Notes: generated by a model not told the origin, from the sequence alone. DNA of 63,744 nucleotides from Patescibacteria group bacterium (GCA_038064535.1 JBBTSX010000001.1:1-63744), one strand, 5' to 3'; positions 25,850-35,499 are shown, counted from the first letter of the stretch. A program made the numbers and translations.

Positions 25850-27073
25850 TCAAAAGTCTTTTAGATTTTTCTCGACATGGTCCCAAACGGAAATAGCAAC
25901 CCGCGACGGCGTGCCCGTGAGCGGGAGATAATGCAGATCAATATACGGAACACTGTTCGCTTCGATGATTCCCCACCGTTGTGTATCCGGATCTTTTTCG
26001 GGGTCAGCGATGATGAGATCAAAACCGACGATGGGTGCTCTGAGTAGCACGGCGGCACGTTCGAGGTACGCACGCAGATGCGGATGTTCGTGTCCGAGAA
26101 GTTCGCGTGTGTGCCCACCGAACAATCTTCCCGTTCGATGCGTCAGTGGTATCGTCAGCCCTTCGGTCAAGATTGTGTCGGGTGTGTAACCGCTTCTCGC
26201 GAGAAACGCACGATGCTCGTCGGTGAGCACAATATCCTGCACACGCTCCGGTTTTCGCGCGTTTTCCCACGCGACAAGCTCGGCAATAGTGGAATGACCG
26301 TCTCCAGTCACTCGGGGTGGGTACGCCTGAAAGAAACCCTCCAGTTTGCCCCCTACGACCGTGCCGCGACACACACTTCCCTCAATATGCTCCTCGATAA
26401 CGACGTACCGGCAGAGCTTTTGAGCGACCCTGAACGCGACGGCAAGGTCTTCGCGGGTGCGAACGTTGACAGTGACATGTCTGCCGCGCGAACCTACACG
26501 CGGTTTCACGGCAACCGCCGTGCCGAGACGTTCGAATTCTTTGAGAGCATCGTGTTCGGTCGTGACGGAGACCGCGCGCGGCGAAGGAATGCCGGCTTTC
26601 GCGAGCGCGCGCTTGAGAAGATATTTATCGTCCATCCAATCGCAACTCTCGCGTGAAAGCGAAGACGAAACCGGTAGACTTTGGAAGTAACGCCATCCGC
26701 CTGTTTTGCGGGCGCGATATATTTCGGTTCCTTTGCCGAAGACGGTCAACTGTTCCATCGAAATGCCGCGCCGCTGTGCTTCTTCCCACACGACCTGCGA
26801 GCGATATGTGTTGGCTCGGCCCGGGTCATGTGCGAAGTGTGTCACCGGCAAAGCCGCGACGCACGCATATATCACCGGCTCAATGCGGAAGAAGAGTGCG
26901 TCCATCCACTCGGTGAGCTTGCGTCGCAATCCTTCCTCCGAGCCCGCCGTCCCCGACGACCACACGCCGAACGACTGAGAAAGACATTGTCCGAAATGAT
27001 TCACCGGACTGTTGCCGCAGTGCATGCACGCACCCGGCTTCTCTTTGTATTCATGCGGTGCACCCTCCGTCAT
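25850..27073 (-). CDS. ATP-grasp enzyme, cyanophycin-synthetase-like ATP-grasp domain
   Basis: AVKPRVGSRGRHVTVNV...VVIEEHIEGSVCRGTVVGGKL...VTGDGHSTIAELV; start set by TATAAT (27080..27085)-N6-ATG 27073. Confidence 0.7.
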   Translation of the reverse strand: MTEGAPHEYKEKPGACMHCGNSPVNHFGQCLSQSFGVWSSGTAGSEEGLRRKLTEWMDALFFRIEPVIYACVAALPVTHFAHDPGRANTYRSQVVWEEAQRRGISMEQLTVFGKGTEIYRARKTGGWRYFQSLPVSSSLSRESCDWMDDKYLLKRALAKAGIPSPRAVSVTTEHDALKEFERLGTAVAVKPRVGSRGRHVTVNVRTREDLAVAFRVAQKLCRYVVIEEHIEGSVCRGTVVGGKLEGFFQAYPPRVTGDGHSTIAELVAWENARKPERVQDIVLTDEHRAFLARSGYTPDTILTEGLTIPLTHRTGRLFGGHTRELLGHEHPHLRAYLERAAVLLRAPIVGFDLIIADPEKDPDTQRWGIIEANSVPYIDLHYLPLTGTPSRVAISVWDHVEKNLKDF

Positions 27074-27099
27074 GCCCTGATTATATAGTGTGCGCACAA

Positions 27100-27122
27100 G
27101 AAAAGCCCCAACGGGGCTTTTC
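27100..27122. terminator. terminator-like hairpin GAAAAGCCCC-AAC-GGGGCTTTTC
   Basis: Perfect 10-bp stem with flanking T-rich sequence on both strands; closes the unassigned 27123..27366 region. Confidence 0.55.
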
Positions 27123-27366
27123 TTTCCTTAGTGACTGCCGAGCGACATAGGTATGTACGTTCGCTAGTAACTCCCTTTCAGTATGGCACGCGCCGCGCGC
27201 GTGCGCGCGCCGCGTGGGGATAAGAGAATTGCGGGCCGCTCGCAGTTCGAGCTTTCGCAGTCATGCCCCATAAGAGTTTTCCGGCGACTTTTCCGATGGC
27301 AAACTGAGGCCTCGACAGCAAAGATTACTTTTACCTTGAAAGATAGATTACGGAGGTATTTCTTGA

Positions 27367-28089
27367 TTAGACGATGCGTCTCCAACTCTTGAATGCCCTT
27401 ATATCTGCCGAATTCAGATCAAACCATTCTCCATTCATTCTCTTGTCCTCAAACCTGCGGTGCCAATATGCCTCAACGCCACTTGGATCATCAGTTTTAA
27501 TTTCATGGATTAAATCCAAATCTTCAGGTAATTGGATCTTAAGCTCATTTCCTCTCCGTACAGTATCGCTAGTTTTTCCAATTTTGTAATATCTACCATG
27601 TTTGAAAAGATAAACAGAACCAAGAATCTTTTTACTATCAACTTCTTCCTTCTCATTAGTTTTTCCGGAAACCTCCTCACAAAATTCAACTATATCTTCA
27701 TAACCACTTTTGGTATTACAATATTCGGCTAGTTTTAAGGCAAACTGCTCCTTGGAACCAAAGGCTCGGGTAAAAGCACCGTAGTCTGGAAATTCTGGGT
27801 TGTTGATCTTTTCCATGCGAATTTCCCTTGAATTAGGAAATTTATTCAACTGCCGCGCAAGAGAAATAATCCTCTCGAAAAGAATTCTATCTGAATAAGC
27901 CACCTGAAGTTGATTTGGAGAAAAGCCGGCTTCTAGCTGTGCTTTGCTAAATTGAGTCCAATATCTTTGCCAGTCATAAGGTTTAATCCCTGTTTCTTTT
28001 TCAAATCTATTCATACCCAAAGGCCTTCCTCCATTTTCATTGGCAGTGCGTTTTATCTCCTCCAATATCTGTTCCTTATTCAAGGCCAT
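27367..28089 (-). CDS. T5orf172 (GIY-YIG superfamily) domain protein with two N-terminal homing-endonuclease-associated-like repeats
   Basis: C-terminus GSVYLFKHGRYYKIGKTSDTVRRGNEL...EAYWHRRFEDKRMNGEWFDL; N-terminal repeats ILEEIKRTANENGGRPLGMNRFEK... and ILFERIISLARQLNKFPNSREI...; strongly AT-rich versus its surroundings; TATAAT-N6-ATG. Confidence 0.75.
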   Translation of the reverse strand: MALNKEQILEEIKRTANENGGRPLGMNRFEKETGIKPYDWQRYWTQFSKAQLEAGFSPNQLQVAYSDRILFERIISLARQLNKFPNSREIRMEKINNPEFPDYGAFTRAFGSKEQFALKLAEYCNTKSGYEDIVEFCEEVSGKTNEKEEVDSKKILGSVYLFKHGRYYKIGKTSDTVRRGNELKIQLPEDLDLIHEIKTDDPSGVEAYWHRRFEDKRMNGEWFDLNSADIRAFKSWRRIV

Positions 28090-28176
28090 AGTTTAATTAT
28101 ATCGCTGTTCCGTATTTAAGGAACCGTGCATCAGGGTGGCATGCGTCCGCATACCTCCGATACTAAAAACTTCGGG

Positions 28177-28261
28177 CGGAGGCGGTGAGATTCGAACTCA
28201 CGATACCTTGCGGTATGCCGCCTTTCCAAGGCGGTGGAATAAACCACTATCCGACGCCTCC
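28177..28261 (-). tRNA. tRNA-Ser (GGA)
   Basis: Reverse complement GGAGGCG...anticodon stem-loop CCGCC TTGGAAA GGCGG, long variable arm CATACCGCAAGGTATC, T-arm GTGAGTTCGAATCTCAC, CGCCTCC-G. Confidence 0.9.
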
Positions 28262-28308
28262 CAAACGACGTTAGTATACTTCATCCACAGCGTGCTACAA
28301 AACCTATT

Positions 28309-28338
28309 CCCAATATAGCGATATATCGCTATATTGGG
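28309..28338. repeat. perfect 30-bp palindrome CCCAATATAGCGATA|TATCGCTATATTGGG (family E copy 1)
   Basis: Ends 3 nt before ATG 28342; same core as 28736..28761. Confidence 0.92.
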
Positions 28339-28341
28339 TAG

Positions 28342-28743
28342 ATGGCACATATATCAAAGTTCAGGATGAAACCGGCATTATCGATACGCATCAAGAAAAA
28401 TTTGATGTCTGCTTCTACGCGTAACAGAGGTGTTATGTTGGAATGTTTACTCACGCCGACCGAAACAACAATGCTCGCGAAGCGCCTCGCCATGATTGTT
28501 ATGCTCGAGCGCGGTGATTCGAGCTACCACATCAGCAGGTCACTTCGCGTAAGCGATTCTTCGGTGCAACGATTCAGACGAATGCTTGATGCGGGATTAT
28601 TCAAGCCGGTGGTGAGAGAGCTTCGAAAGAAAAACCGTTCTCTCTTGGATGTGCTAGAGCTCATCCTGTCCGCGGGACTCCCCTCTATCGGCGGTCCGCG
28701 CTCGCAACGACGGCTTCAGAAAATGAGAGATGGGGCAATATAG
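28342..28743 (+). CDS. TrpR/YerC-YecD-like helix-turn-helix protein
   Basis: LLTPTETTMLAKRLAMIVMLERGDSSYHISRSLRVSDSSVQRFRRML resembles the Trp-repressor-like YerC/YecD family. Confidence 0.7.
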   Translation: MAHISKFRMKPALSIRIKKNLMSASTRNRGVMLECLLTPTETTMLAKRLAMIVMLERGDSSYHISRSLRVSDSSVQRFRRMLDAGLFKPVVRELRKKNRSLLDVLELILSAGLPSIGGPRSQRRLQKMRDGAI

Positions 28744-28761
28744 CGATATATCGCTATATTG
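28736..28761. repeat. perfect 26-bp palindrome CAATATAGCGATA|TATCGCTATATTG (family E copy 2)
   Basis: Overlaps the last codons and the TAG stop of CDS 28342..28743. Confidence 0.92.
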
Positions 28762-28817
28762 TTGGATGTGGAATTCAATTGCAGACCGTTGGTGAGATGT
28801 GGAATTGTTGCTATATA

Positions 28818-28848
28818 TAAAAAGTGGAGCGGCCGCTTGCGCGGCCGC
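28818..28848 (-). terminator. intrinsic terminator after CDS 28854..29390
   Basis: Minus strand GCGGCCGC-GCAA-GCGGCCGC followed by TCCACTTTTTA. Confidence 0.65.
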
Positions 28849-28853
28849 GGTGT

Positions 28854-29390
28854 TTAACGGACATTCCTCAATATCGTAAGTAGCGATTCGAGTTCGGTGA
28901 CACTGGCATAGAGAACGCCGATGGACTTTCCGTTGTTATCGGTTTCCTTCTTCACCAGCTCAATTGCACGCCTTATCTCCCGCACTTCCCCTTCGAGCTG
29001 GAGCACGAGCGTCTTGGCCAGATGCGCCGCCGATACAAACGATGTGTCCGACCCTTTGTAATTGTAGGCCGGGTCCGAACGATATGTCATCAACGGCATC
29101 AACACTCCCGGCACCGGCGTAGGTGCAAACTGCGGCGGCAAAAGTCTCGGGAACGGCAGTGATTTGGTAGCGGCCGAAATTTCTATCGGCGGAACAGGCG
29201 CCGGCTCCACTGTGGTACTCGGTCCCTTCGGGTTCCGTCTTCGTCGTCGTCGATTGGGCTCCGAATCGGCGTTGGATTCAGCACGCTCTACCCGGATGAC
29301 CGGAAGAATAATCACTGTCGCGGGCTCCTCGTGGAAGCCCTTATACGTACCCATCGACATCAGGTCGGGAAACCCGACGACTTCACCCAT
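28854..29390 (-). CDS. hypothetical protein
   Basis: 178-aa ORF with an Arg-run and Pro-rich middle (NRRRRRRNPKGPSTTVEPAPVPP) and a helical C-terminus; no family recognised. Confidence 0.55.
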   Translation of the reverse strand: MGEVVGFPDLMSMGTYKGFHEEPATVIILPVIRVERAESNADSEPNRRRRRRNPKGPSTTVEPAPVPPIEISAATKSLPFPRLLPPQFAPTPVPGVLMPLMTYRSDPAYNYKGSDTSFVSAAHLAKTLVLQLEGEVREIRRAIELVKKETDNNGKSIGVLYASVTELESLLTILRNVR

Positions 29391-29420
29391 GGCACTGCCC
29401 TTTCCTTCTCTCTCTTCTCA

Positions 29421-30314
29421 CTATACCTCCATCCCCTGCAATGCGGCAATTCTTTCTTCAACAGGCGGATGTGTGGAGAAAAGCTTTGATACCCAAGCGC
29501 CCGCCGGATGCGCGCCGAACGGGTTGGAGATAAAGAGATGCGCGGTCGTCGTCGAGGCGCGCGCCATCGGTGCACGGTACGAACTTATTTTCTGTAGAGC
29601 GGACGCCAACCCTTCGGGATAACGGGTGAGGAGCGCGCCCGAGGCGTCGGCGAGAAATTCGCGCTTGCGGGAAACGGCGAGCTGGATGAGTTGTGCCGCA
29701 AGCGGTGCCAAGATTATCGAAGCGACGAACGCAACAAGAATGAGCGGATTGTTATTGCCTTTGCGGTCGCCCCCGCCGAAGTGACTCATGTGTATCGCAA
29801 TGTTAGCGAGCACCGAAATAATGCCGACAAGCACGACCACGACCGTCATCACGAGAATGTCGCGGTTGCCGACGTGCGCGAGCTCGTGTGCAATGACGCC
29901 CTCAAGCTCGCTTCTGTCCATCATGGCGAGCAACCCGGTCGTCACGGCGATGACCGCATGCTCTTTGTCGCGCCCCGTCGCAAACGCGTTGGGCTGGGGG
30001 TCTTCTATTATGTAGACACGCGGTTTCGGCAGTCCCGCCGTGATGGCGAGGTTTTCAACGATGCGATGCAGTTCAATATATTGTGTCTCATCGGCTGGCT
30101 TTGCACCCACACTCGCGATAGCCACCTTGTCGGAAAACCAGTACGCACCGATGTTCATCGCAAAAGAAAACACGACGGCGACATACAGGATTGCCGGGTT
30201 GCCGTAGTACTGCGAGAAAACGAAACCTATCGCAACGATGAGCACGAGAAAAACGGTCATCAGGACCCACGTGCGAAAAACATTCTTGCTTTGTTGAGTG
30301 TATAAGGTAGCCAT
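29421..30314 (-). CDS. htpX: zinc metalloprotease HtpX (M48 family)
   Basis: HELAHVGNRD HExxH motif, 4 TM, C-terminal STHPPVEERI. Confidence 0.92.
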   Translation of the reverse strand: MATLYTQQSKNVFRTWVLMTVFLVLIVAIGFVFSQYYGNPAILYVAVVFSFAMNIGAYWFSDKVAIASVGAKPADETQYIELHRIVENLAITAGLPKPRVYIIEDPQPNAFATGRDKEHAVIAVTTGLLAMMDRSELEGVIAHELAHVGNRDILVMTVVVVLVGIISVLANIAIHMSHFGGGDRKGNNNPLILVAFVASIILAPLAAQLIQLAVSRKREFLADASGALLTRYPEGLASALQKISSYRAPMARASTTTAHLFISNPFGAHPAGAWVSKLFSTHPPVEERIAALQGMEV

Positions 30315-30332
30315 AAAAGTTGTAGACGTTGT

Positions 30333-30368
30333 AATCGTTCAAATCGTTCAAATCGTTCAAATCGTTCA
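30333..30368. repeat. tandem 9-mer AATCGTTCA x4
   Basis: Four exact head-to-tail copies between the htpX start and the upstream gene stop (the stop lies in the last unit). Confidence 0.9.
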
Positions 30369-30743
30369 AGACGAAGAACTCATCGATTTTCCGAGTGCTA
30401 CGAGCTTAAAGTACTCTTGTTCCAGAAGTTTTTCCAGTGGTGCGGTGTCAGCCACCTTCACGAAATTTTCCTGCAAAGCAACTTTGATGCAAGCGACACA
30501 CTCAAGTGTCGAAGACTTTGAGCGATGGACGTACACCGCAAATCCTTTCTTCGTCGGTTGCCCCGAATCCTCTGCAACGTTCAATACGATTGATGTTGCG
30601 GCTCTTCGCAACTGATCTGTCAGTGCGAATGTCTCGGTCTTGGGAAACAATCGAGTAACACGATATGTTTCGCGCACCACCTGCATCCCAATGTGCCAAA
30701 CGTCTAGTTCTTCGAAACGATACCTAACAAATTGTCCTGCCAT
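30366..30743 (-). CDS. four-helix-bundle protein (23S rRNA intervening-sequence protein family)
   Basis: FEELDVWHIGMQVVRETYRVTRLFPKTETFALTDQLRRAATSIVLNVAEDSG; TATAAT (30750..30755)-N6-ATG. Confidence 0.85.
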   Translation of the reverse strand: MAGQFVRYRFEELDVWHIGMQVVRETYRVTRLFPKTETFALTDQLRRAATSIVLNVAEDSGQPTKKGFAVYVHRSKSSTLECVACIKVALQENFVKVADTAPLEKLLEQEYFKLVALGKSMSSSS

Positions 30744-30775
30744 CCTACGATTATAACGCTTTGAACGTTGAACGT

Positions 30776-31336
30776 TTAGAACGTGACCTTGACGGCGTCT
30801 CGCGCCGCTTGGTCACCCTCCCCGAGTTGGAAGAAATCGCTCGATTTGAATCCGAATGCGCCGCCGATAAGATTGCTCGGGAATGACGCAAGCTTGGTAT
30901 TGAGTTCCATCACGACGCCGTTGTAGAAACGGCGCGCGGCCTGAATTTTGTTTTCGGTGTCCGAGAGCTCGCGCTGGAGCTCGACGAAATTCGCATTCGC
31001 TTTGAGGTCGGGGTAATTCTCAGAAACGGCAAAGAGTGATTTGAGCGCTCCCGTCAGCATATTTTCCGCGTCCGCTTTTTCCTCCGGTGCCGTGGCGTTC
31101 ATGGCGCGCGTGCGCATCTCGGTGACCTTCTGCAATGTCCCCGCTTCGTGCGCGGCGTAGCCTTTGACCGTCTCGACGAGATTGGGGATGAGGTCGTAGC
31201 GACGTTTCATCTGCACTTCGATATCCGACCATCCCTCTTTCACTCTATTGGTAAGCGTGACGAAGCCGTTGTACGCGGCAATAGCCCACACGATAAAGAC
31301 TGCGACAACCCCCAGAGCAATATATGTAAGTGACAT
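30776..31336 (-). CDS. lemA: LemA family protein
   Basis: N-terminal TM then NRVKEGWSDIEVQMKRRYDLIPNLVETVKGYAAHE. Confidence 0.9.
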   Translation of the reverse strand: MSLTYIALGVVAVFIVWAIAAYNGFVTLTNRVKEGWSDIEVQMKRRYDLIPNLVETVKGYAAHEAGTLQKVTEMRTRAMNATAPEEKADAENMLTGALKSLFAVSENYPDLKANANFVELQRELSDTENKIQAARRFYNGVVMELNTKLASFPSNLIGGAFGFKSSDFFQLGEGDQAARDAVKVTF

Positions 31337-31377
31337 GCGTGCCAGTATATCACTACCCTTTTTGTGCGCTACAACGG

Positions 31378-34300
31378 CTACTTCTTGGGCGGAGTGGCCG
31401 TTACGATTACCCGCCTGCTCGCCTCGTTGTTTACTCTGCCCGAACTGTCGTAGATGGGATTCCGTGCCCCCATCGACGAAATGGTAATGCTTCCGAGAGG
31501 AATGCCGTAAAAGGTGGCGAGCGTTTGTTGAATTGTTTTCGCTCGCTCCAAGCCCAGAACATCGTTGTTGTTATTCCAACGGGAAGAAGGCGTATTGGGG
31601 TCCGTGTTGCCTTGGATGTTGAATGTATATCCTTTGTCGTACAGTTCCTTCATGGCCTTTCCCAGCGGCTCGACATCCGCGCGATTCGTGAGCGCCGCCG
31701 AATCAACTCTGAATTGAATACCAAGACTGACCGGCCGGCCCGCATCGCTGTTTTCTCCACCCCCGAGTCCGATGGCGATATCTTCTGCGGTAGGCCCGAC
31801 ACCTGTGCCGAGAACGGGCGACGCGACCACCGGTAGCGGAAGCTTACTCGCCTCCTCCGCCGCTTTCTTCGCCGCATTCTCGTCGGCAATCCGCTGTGCC
31901 TCGAGCCGTGCATTCAAATCCGTCTGTCTCCGTGCTATCTCGGCGTCTACCGCCTGCCGCTGCGCCTCCCACTGTCTGTCTCTCTCCTCTTGCTCCCGCT
32001 GATTCGCGAGACGTTGCGCCTCCACTCGCGCCGCCACCCGCTCCGCTTCCTCGGCCGCCCGCTGTCTTCTTTCCTGCAATTCATACTCGGGAGAACCGGG
32101 CTCCCCGGGCTTTGGTCCTCCCAAATTGACAGACTGGGGCGGCGCAGGTTGAGCGTCTTTGTTTTCCGTAAAGAGAGATTTCGGTGCTCCCGAATCCCCC
32201 GGAGGAATGATTACAGGAGATGCGAGCTTGGGAGCTTCTTCAACCGCCGGCGGAACAGACGAGCTCGCGGGCGCGGCGGGTGGCGTGATTTCTTGGGTGG
32301 CCGCGGGCGCCGCCGGTGCTTGGGGAGCGGCTGGTTCCTCCGGCACGGGCGGAGTGACGGGCGCCGGCGGAGCAACCGGAGCGGGCGGCTCCTCGACCGG
32401 CGTGGTCTTCGGTAACTGTGCTTCATGCTCCTTTTCGGAAGTGAGGTCGACAGTGAGCGTCTGCTCCTGTGGTGACGGTTTGGATGCGGTGCAAAACTCG
32501 ATACAAAAGACGACTCCGCCGACGACCGTCGTTCCGCCCAAGAGGCCTTTCATCGACATCTTTTCAACTTCCGGCTCAAGAATCTTCGGGCCGGCCGACA
32601 CGTCGAGGGAGCCGGAGCGCGCAACTTTCTCAGTCGCCGGTACAACGGCCGACGGCACCTCCGCGACCGGTGTCTCGACCGGAACTGCCGGCCTGCCCGC
32701 GGCTATGGCCCTCGCTTCCGCAACCGCACTGTCGAGCGCCGCTGTCGGGCCGGACGCGGGAGCGGTCCTTGCAGGCGCGTCAAAAATCGTTCCGGATTTC
32801 GGCATGCCTCCGAGGGTCTCCGGCGCTTTCGTCTCGACAACCGGATTTTTCATGAAATCTCTGATGGCATCCGTCGCTCTGTTGAATTGCGCGGCAGGAC
32901 CCGTCTCTGCGATAGGAGCGGCACCGGCGGATTCAATGTTCGCCGCGCGCGGAAGCCCTCCAGCACTCTCGACTCTTACCCCCGCGCTTGGCCATGGCCC
33001 CACTCCGGAGAGCGGCACCTCCCCTGCTCTTGTCACCCCTCCGAGTGCTCCCGCGCCGCTGTCGGCCATATCAGAACCGGCTGTTCGCGCACCCGCCATC
33101 CCGAACACCCCCGGTTCGCTCCGCACAATACCCGTCTCTCCCAATCCAAGCGCGTAATCAATCCCTTTGTTTGCGGTGGTGGTAATACCTTTAATCGGAC
33201 TAAACAGCGGTGAGACGATGAGGCCGTCAACGGTCGTTTCAACGATCGCACCGGTCGGGTCTATCTTTCTCCCCAACTCGCGGGAAAGGTCACCGGTAAA
33301 TCCGGGAACTACCCCTGTCATTTCCGCGAGATTGCGGGCACTCCCGAATACTGCTCCGCCGACGGAACCGAGAATACCCGGAACCCCCCATCCGATTGTC
33401 TTTCCGAGGTCCCCCACCGAATTGATTTCGCCCGGCATTTGTGATGAGGCGATTGCACCGGCCTCTTTTCCTTTATCTTCAATGACAGAAAAGAACTTTG
33501 ACAGTGTTCCCTCTTCCGTATTCTGGATGATACTTTTTATCTCGGGAGAAGGACCATTGAGCACGTAATCGGCGACTGCATGTTCGAGGTCCGCACGGCG
33601 GGTCGCCGCAATCTGGAGCGCATTTTCAGCGGTCGAAAGGACGGACGTCGGCACGCTCATGTCCGGGTCACTCAGGACCGGAGCACCGCCGATAAGGTTT
33701 TCGTATTTGTATCCGCTCCGCAGTTTATCGGCATAGGTCTGACATTCCGGACAATTCTCGACGGATTCCCCTGCATACGCTTGCAGCAAATTCGCCGCCC
33801 GTTGTGCACAAGGAATATCGCTTGACGGGCATGCGTCCCACACTGCAAACAAATATTGACTTCCCTGCGTATTCAGATTTCTCTCTTCGGGCGGCTTTGC
33901 GCTTTCTTCCGTTGCAAATCTAAATGCAGGCAGTGGTGCCGGCACGTTCGACGGCTGACCTTGCGGATTGCGCTCCTGCGAGTATGCAAGTATTCGCTCA
34001 GACACGGACGGGAGGTCGGTTTTCGCAACGGCAATGACCGGCACAGCGCGCTCGGAATCCGGCTGCGGCCCGTACGCTTCTTGCAGTGCTTTTTTCAGCG
34101 GAGCCGCATCGCCCTCGAAAATCGACCGGAGAGCTGCCGGACCGACTTTTAAAGAAGGGGGTACCGGGTCTCTCGTCGCGCCGACGCTTTCCGCCGCCCC
34201 CCTTCTCACCTCTTCCTCCGTCACCTGTTGTCTCTTTGCGTCGAACAGCCGAGTTTCGATGGATTTTAATTCAGCAGGGGTTCTGTCCATATCCGCGAAC

Positions 34301-35499
34301 GGTGGAGCCGACTGCGGAACAGGTGCCGCCGTACTCGGGCCGGTGGTTTTCGGCGAGTCGTTCGCCGCGACCTGCTGATTCGGTGCGGCCGGAATACTGT
34401 TTTCAGTTGAGGCGTTGGCGTTGGTGACGACTTTTACTTCGGCTCCGGTCACCGGTGTGACCTGTTGCGGCGACTGCTCGAACGAATTCAGAAAGGCAAT
34501 CGGAGCGGGCACGACGAATGGCTGTCGAGTGGTCTGATTCGCCCGTGCATTCGCCGCAATCACGTCCGCATCCGTTTGATTTGTTCCCGCCTGCGCAGAC
34601 GAGTCCCAGATGGAACCGCTGGCGAATGAATTCCGTATTTTCTGAAACCAGCACGACCACGCGCCGTCTGTGCATGTGGAAGTTTGAGTTCCGGTTTGTT
34701 CGGAGGAGCCGAATCCGCTCTGTGAGGAGAATTCGGAACCTTGCGGCGATTGCGGAGCGCCGAGTGCTTCGTTGACTTGAGAGACGGGATTGCCCAAGTC
34801 GGATACGGCGCCGGCCGGCGGGCCGAAGTAATTGTAATTTTGAGAAGCATTTGTCGACAAACCGGTAGCGCCGTTCGAATCACCCGAAGAACCGCCGGAC
34901 TGCCCCGCGGCGTTCAGGCTTTCGAGTTGCCCAGTAGTTGGGTTCACGATGTACTGCCCGTCCAATGGTTTTGCGGCGTTTGCATCAAAGGCTGCGGTGA
35001 TTTGTTGTGCGGTAAGTTGCGACGACACGGATTGCCATGGTGCATTCGCTCCGGTCCCCGCAGTAGAAGGTTGCGCGATAGCGGCGCCCGGGACTGTACC
35101 GGCGGTAGAGAAATATTTCTTGAGATACTCCGACTCTGCGACCGATACCTTCTTACAATTCCCCTGTCTCTTACAGTCAGGATAATTATCAATATACGTC
35201 TCTATGTGACACTTCAGTTTGGCGTAGCAATGACCTTCGAGAAAAGATTTCCCCGCAGTGGTCTCTTCGCATGGTTTGTCCAACATGCACAATTCACCTT
35301 TTGAATTCTTCGCAGTGCCGTTCTTATAAGTGCATTTCCAGTCGACGGGCACGTCCTTGCCGGCATCGCACATGGCGTTCGCCGGATCTTTGGCCGGGTC
35401 CTTTGCTGGAGTTGTTACCTGCGCGTATGAGAGGGAGAAGAACGCGAGACTCAAAAAGACCGACAAGAAAAGAGTAGTCGCTGTGCGACTGCGGTACAT
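31378..35499 (-). CDS. giant secreted protein 1 (1373 aa) with coiled-coil and C-terminal OmpA/MotB-like peptidoglycan-binding domain
   Basis: Signal peptide MYRSRTATTLFLSVFLSLAFFSLSYAQ; Cys-rich N-domain; long low-complexity P/A/G/S regions; OmpA-like tail (31381..31752: IQGNTDPNTPSSRWNNNNDVLGLERAKTIQQTL...ASRRVIV). Confidence 0.85.
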   Translation of the reverse strand: MYRSRTATTLFLSVFLSLAFFSLSYAQVTTPAKDPAKDPANAMCDAGKDVPVDWKCTYKNGTAKNSKGELCMLDKPCEETTAGKSFLEGHCYAKLKCHIETYIDNYPDCKRQGNCKKVSVAESEYLKKYFSTAGTVPGAAIAQPSTAGTGANAPWQSVSSQLTAQQITAAFDANAAKPLDGQYIVNPTTGQLESLNAAGQSGGSSGDSNGATGLSTNASQNYNYFGPPAGAVSDLGNPVSQVNEALGAPQSPQGSEFSSQSGFGSSEQTGTQTSTCTDGAWSCWFQKIRNSFASGSIWDSSAQAGTNQTDADVIAANARANQTTRQPFVVPAPIAFLNSFEQSPQQVTPVTGAEVKVVTNANASTENSIPAAPNQQVAANDSPKTTGPSTAAPVPQSAPPFADMDRTPAELKSIETRLFDAKRQQVTEEEVRRGAAESVGATRDPVPPSLKVGPAALRSIFEGDAAPLKKALQEAYGPQPDSERAVPVIAVAKTDLPSVSERILAYSQERNPQGQPSNVPAPLPAFRFATEESAKPPEERNLNTQGSQYLFAVWDACPSSDIPCAQRAANLLQAYAGESVENCPECQTYADKLRSGYKYENLIGGAPVLSDPDMSVPTSVLSTAENALQIAATRRADLEHAVADYVLNGPSPEIKSIIQNTEEGTLSKFFSVIEDKGKEAGAIASSQMPGEINSVGDLGKTIGWGVPGILGSVGGAVFGSARNLAEMTGVVPGFTGDLSRELGRKIDPTGAIVETTVDGLIVSPLFSPIKGITTTANKGIDYALGLGETGIVRSEPGVFGMAGARTAGSDMADSGAGALGGVTRAGEVPLSGVGPWPSAGVRVESAGGLPRAANIESAGAAPIAETGPAAQFNRATDAIRDFMKNPVVETKAPETLGGMPKSGTIFDAPARTAPASGPTAALDSAVAEARAIAAGRPAVPVETPVAEVPSAVVPATEKVARSGSLDVSAGPKILEPEVEKMSMKGLLGGTTVVGGVVFCIEFCTASKPSPQEQTLTVDLTSEKEHEAQLPKTTPVEEPPAPVAPPAPVTPPVPEEPAAPQAPAAPAATQEITPPAAPASSSVPPAVEEAPKLASPVIIPPGDSGAPKSLFTENKDAQPAPPQSVNLGGPKPGEPGSPEYELQERRQRAAEEAERVAARVEAQRLANQREQEERDRQWEAQRQAVDAEIARRQTDLNARLEAQRIADENAAKKAAEEASKLPLPVVASPVLGTGVGPTAEDIAIGLGGGENSDAGRPVSLGIQFRVDSAALTNRADVEPLGKAMKELYDKGYTFNIQGNTDPNTPSSRWNNNNDVLGLERAKTIQQTLATFYGIPLGSITISSMGARNPIYDSSGRVNNEASRRVIVTATPPKK

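Noticed and set aside
27164-27392. ORFs 27164..27385 (-) and 27183..27392 (+) in the unassigned region
   Set aside because: Both are Arg/Ala-rich translations of a GC-only near-palindrome. They overlap each other on opposite strands and have no start context. I treat the region as non-coding.
30333-30368. Four tandem AATCGTTCA units that superficially resemble a mini repeat array
   Set aside because: The units are 9 nt long and directly abutting with no spacers. This is far too short for CRISPR repeats, and no cas genes are present. I treat it as a simple tandem repeat in a leader or spacer.
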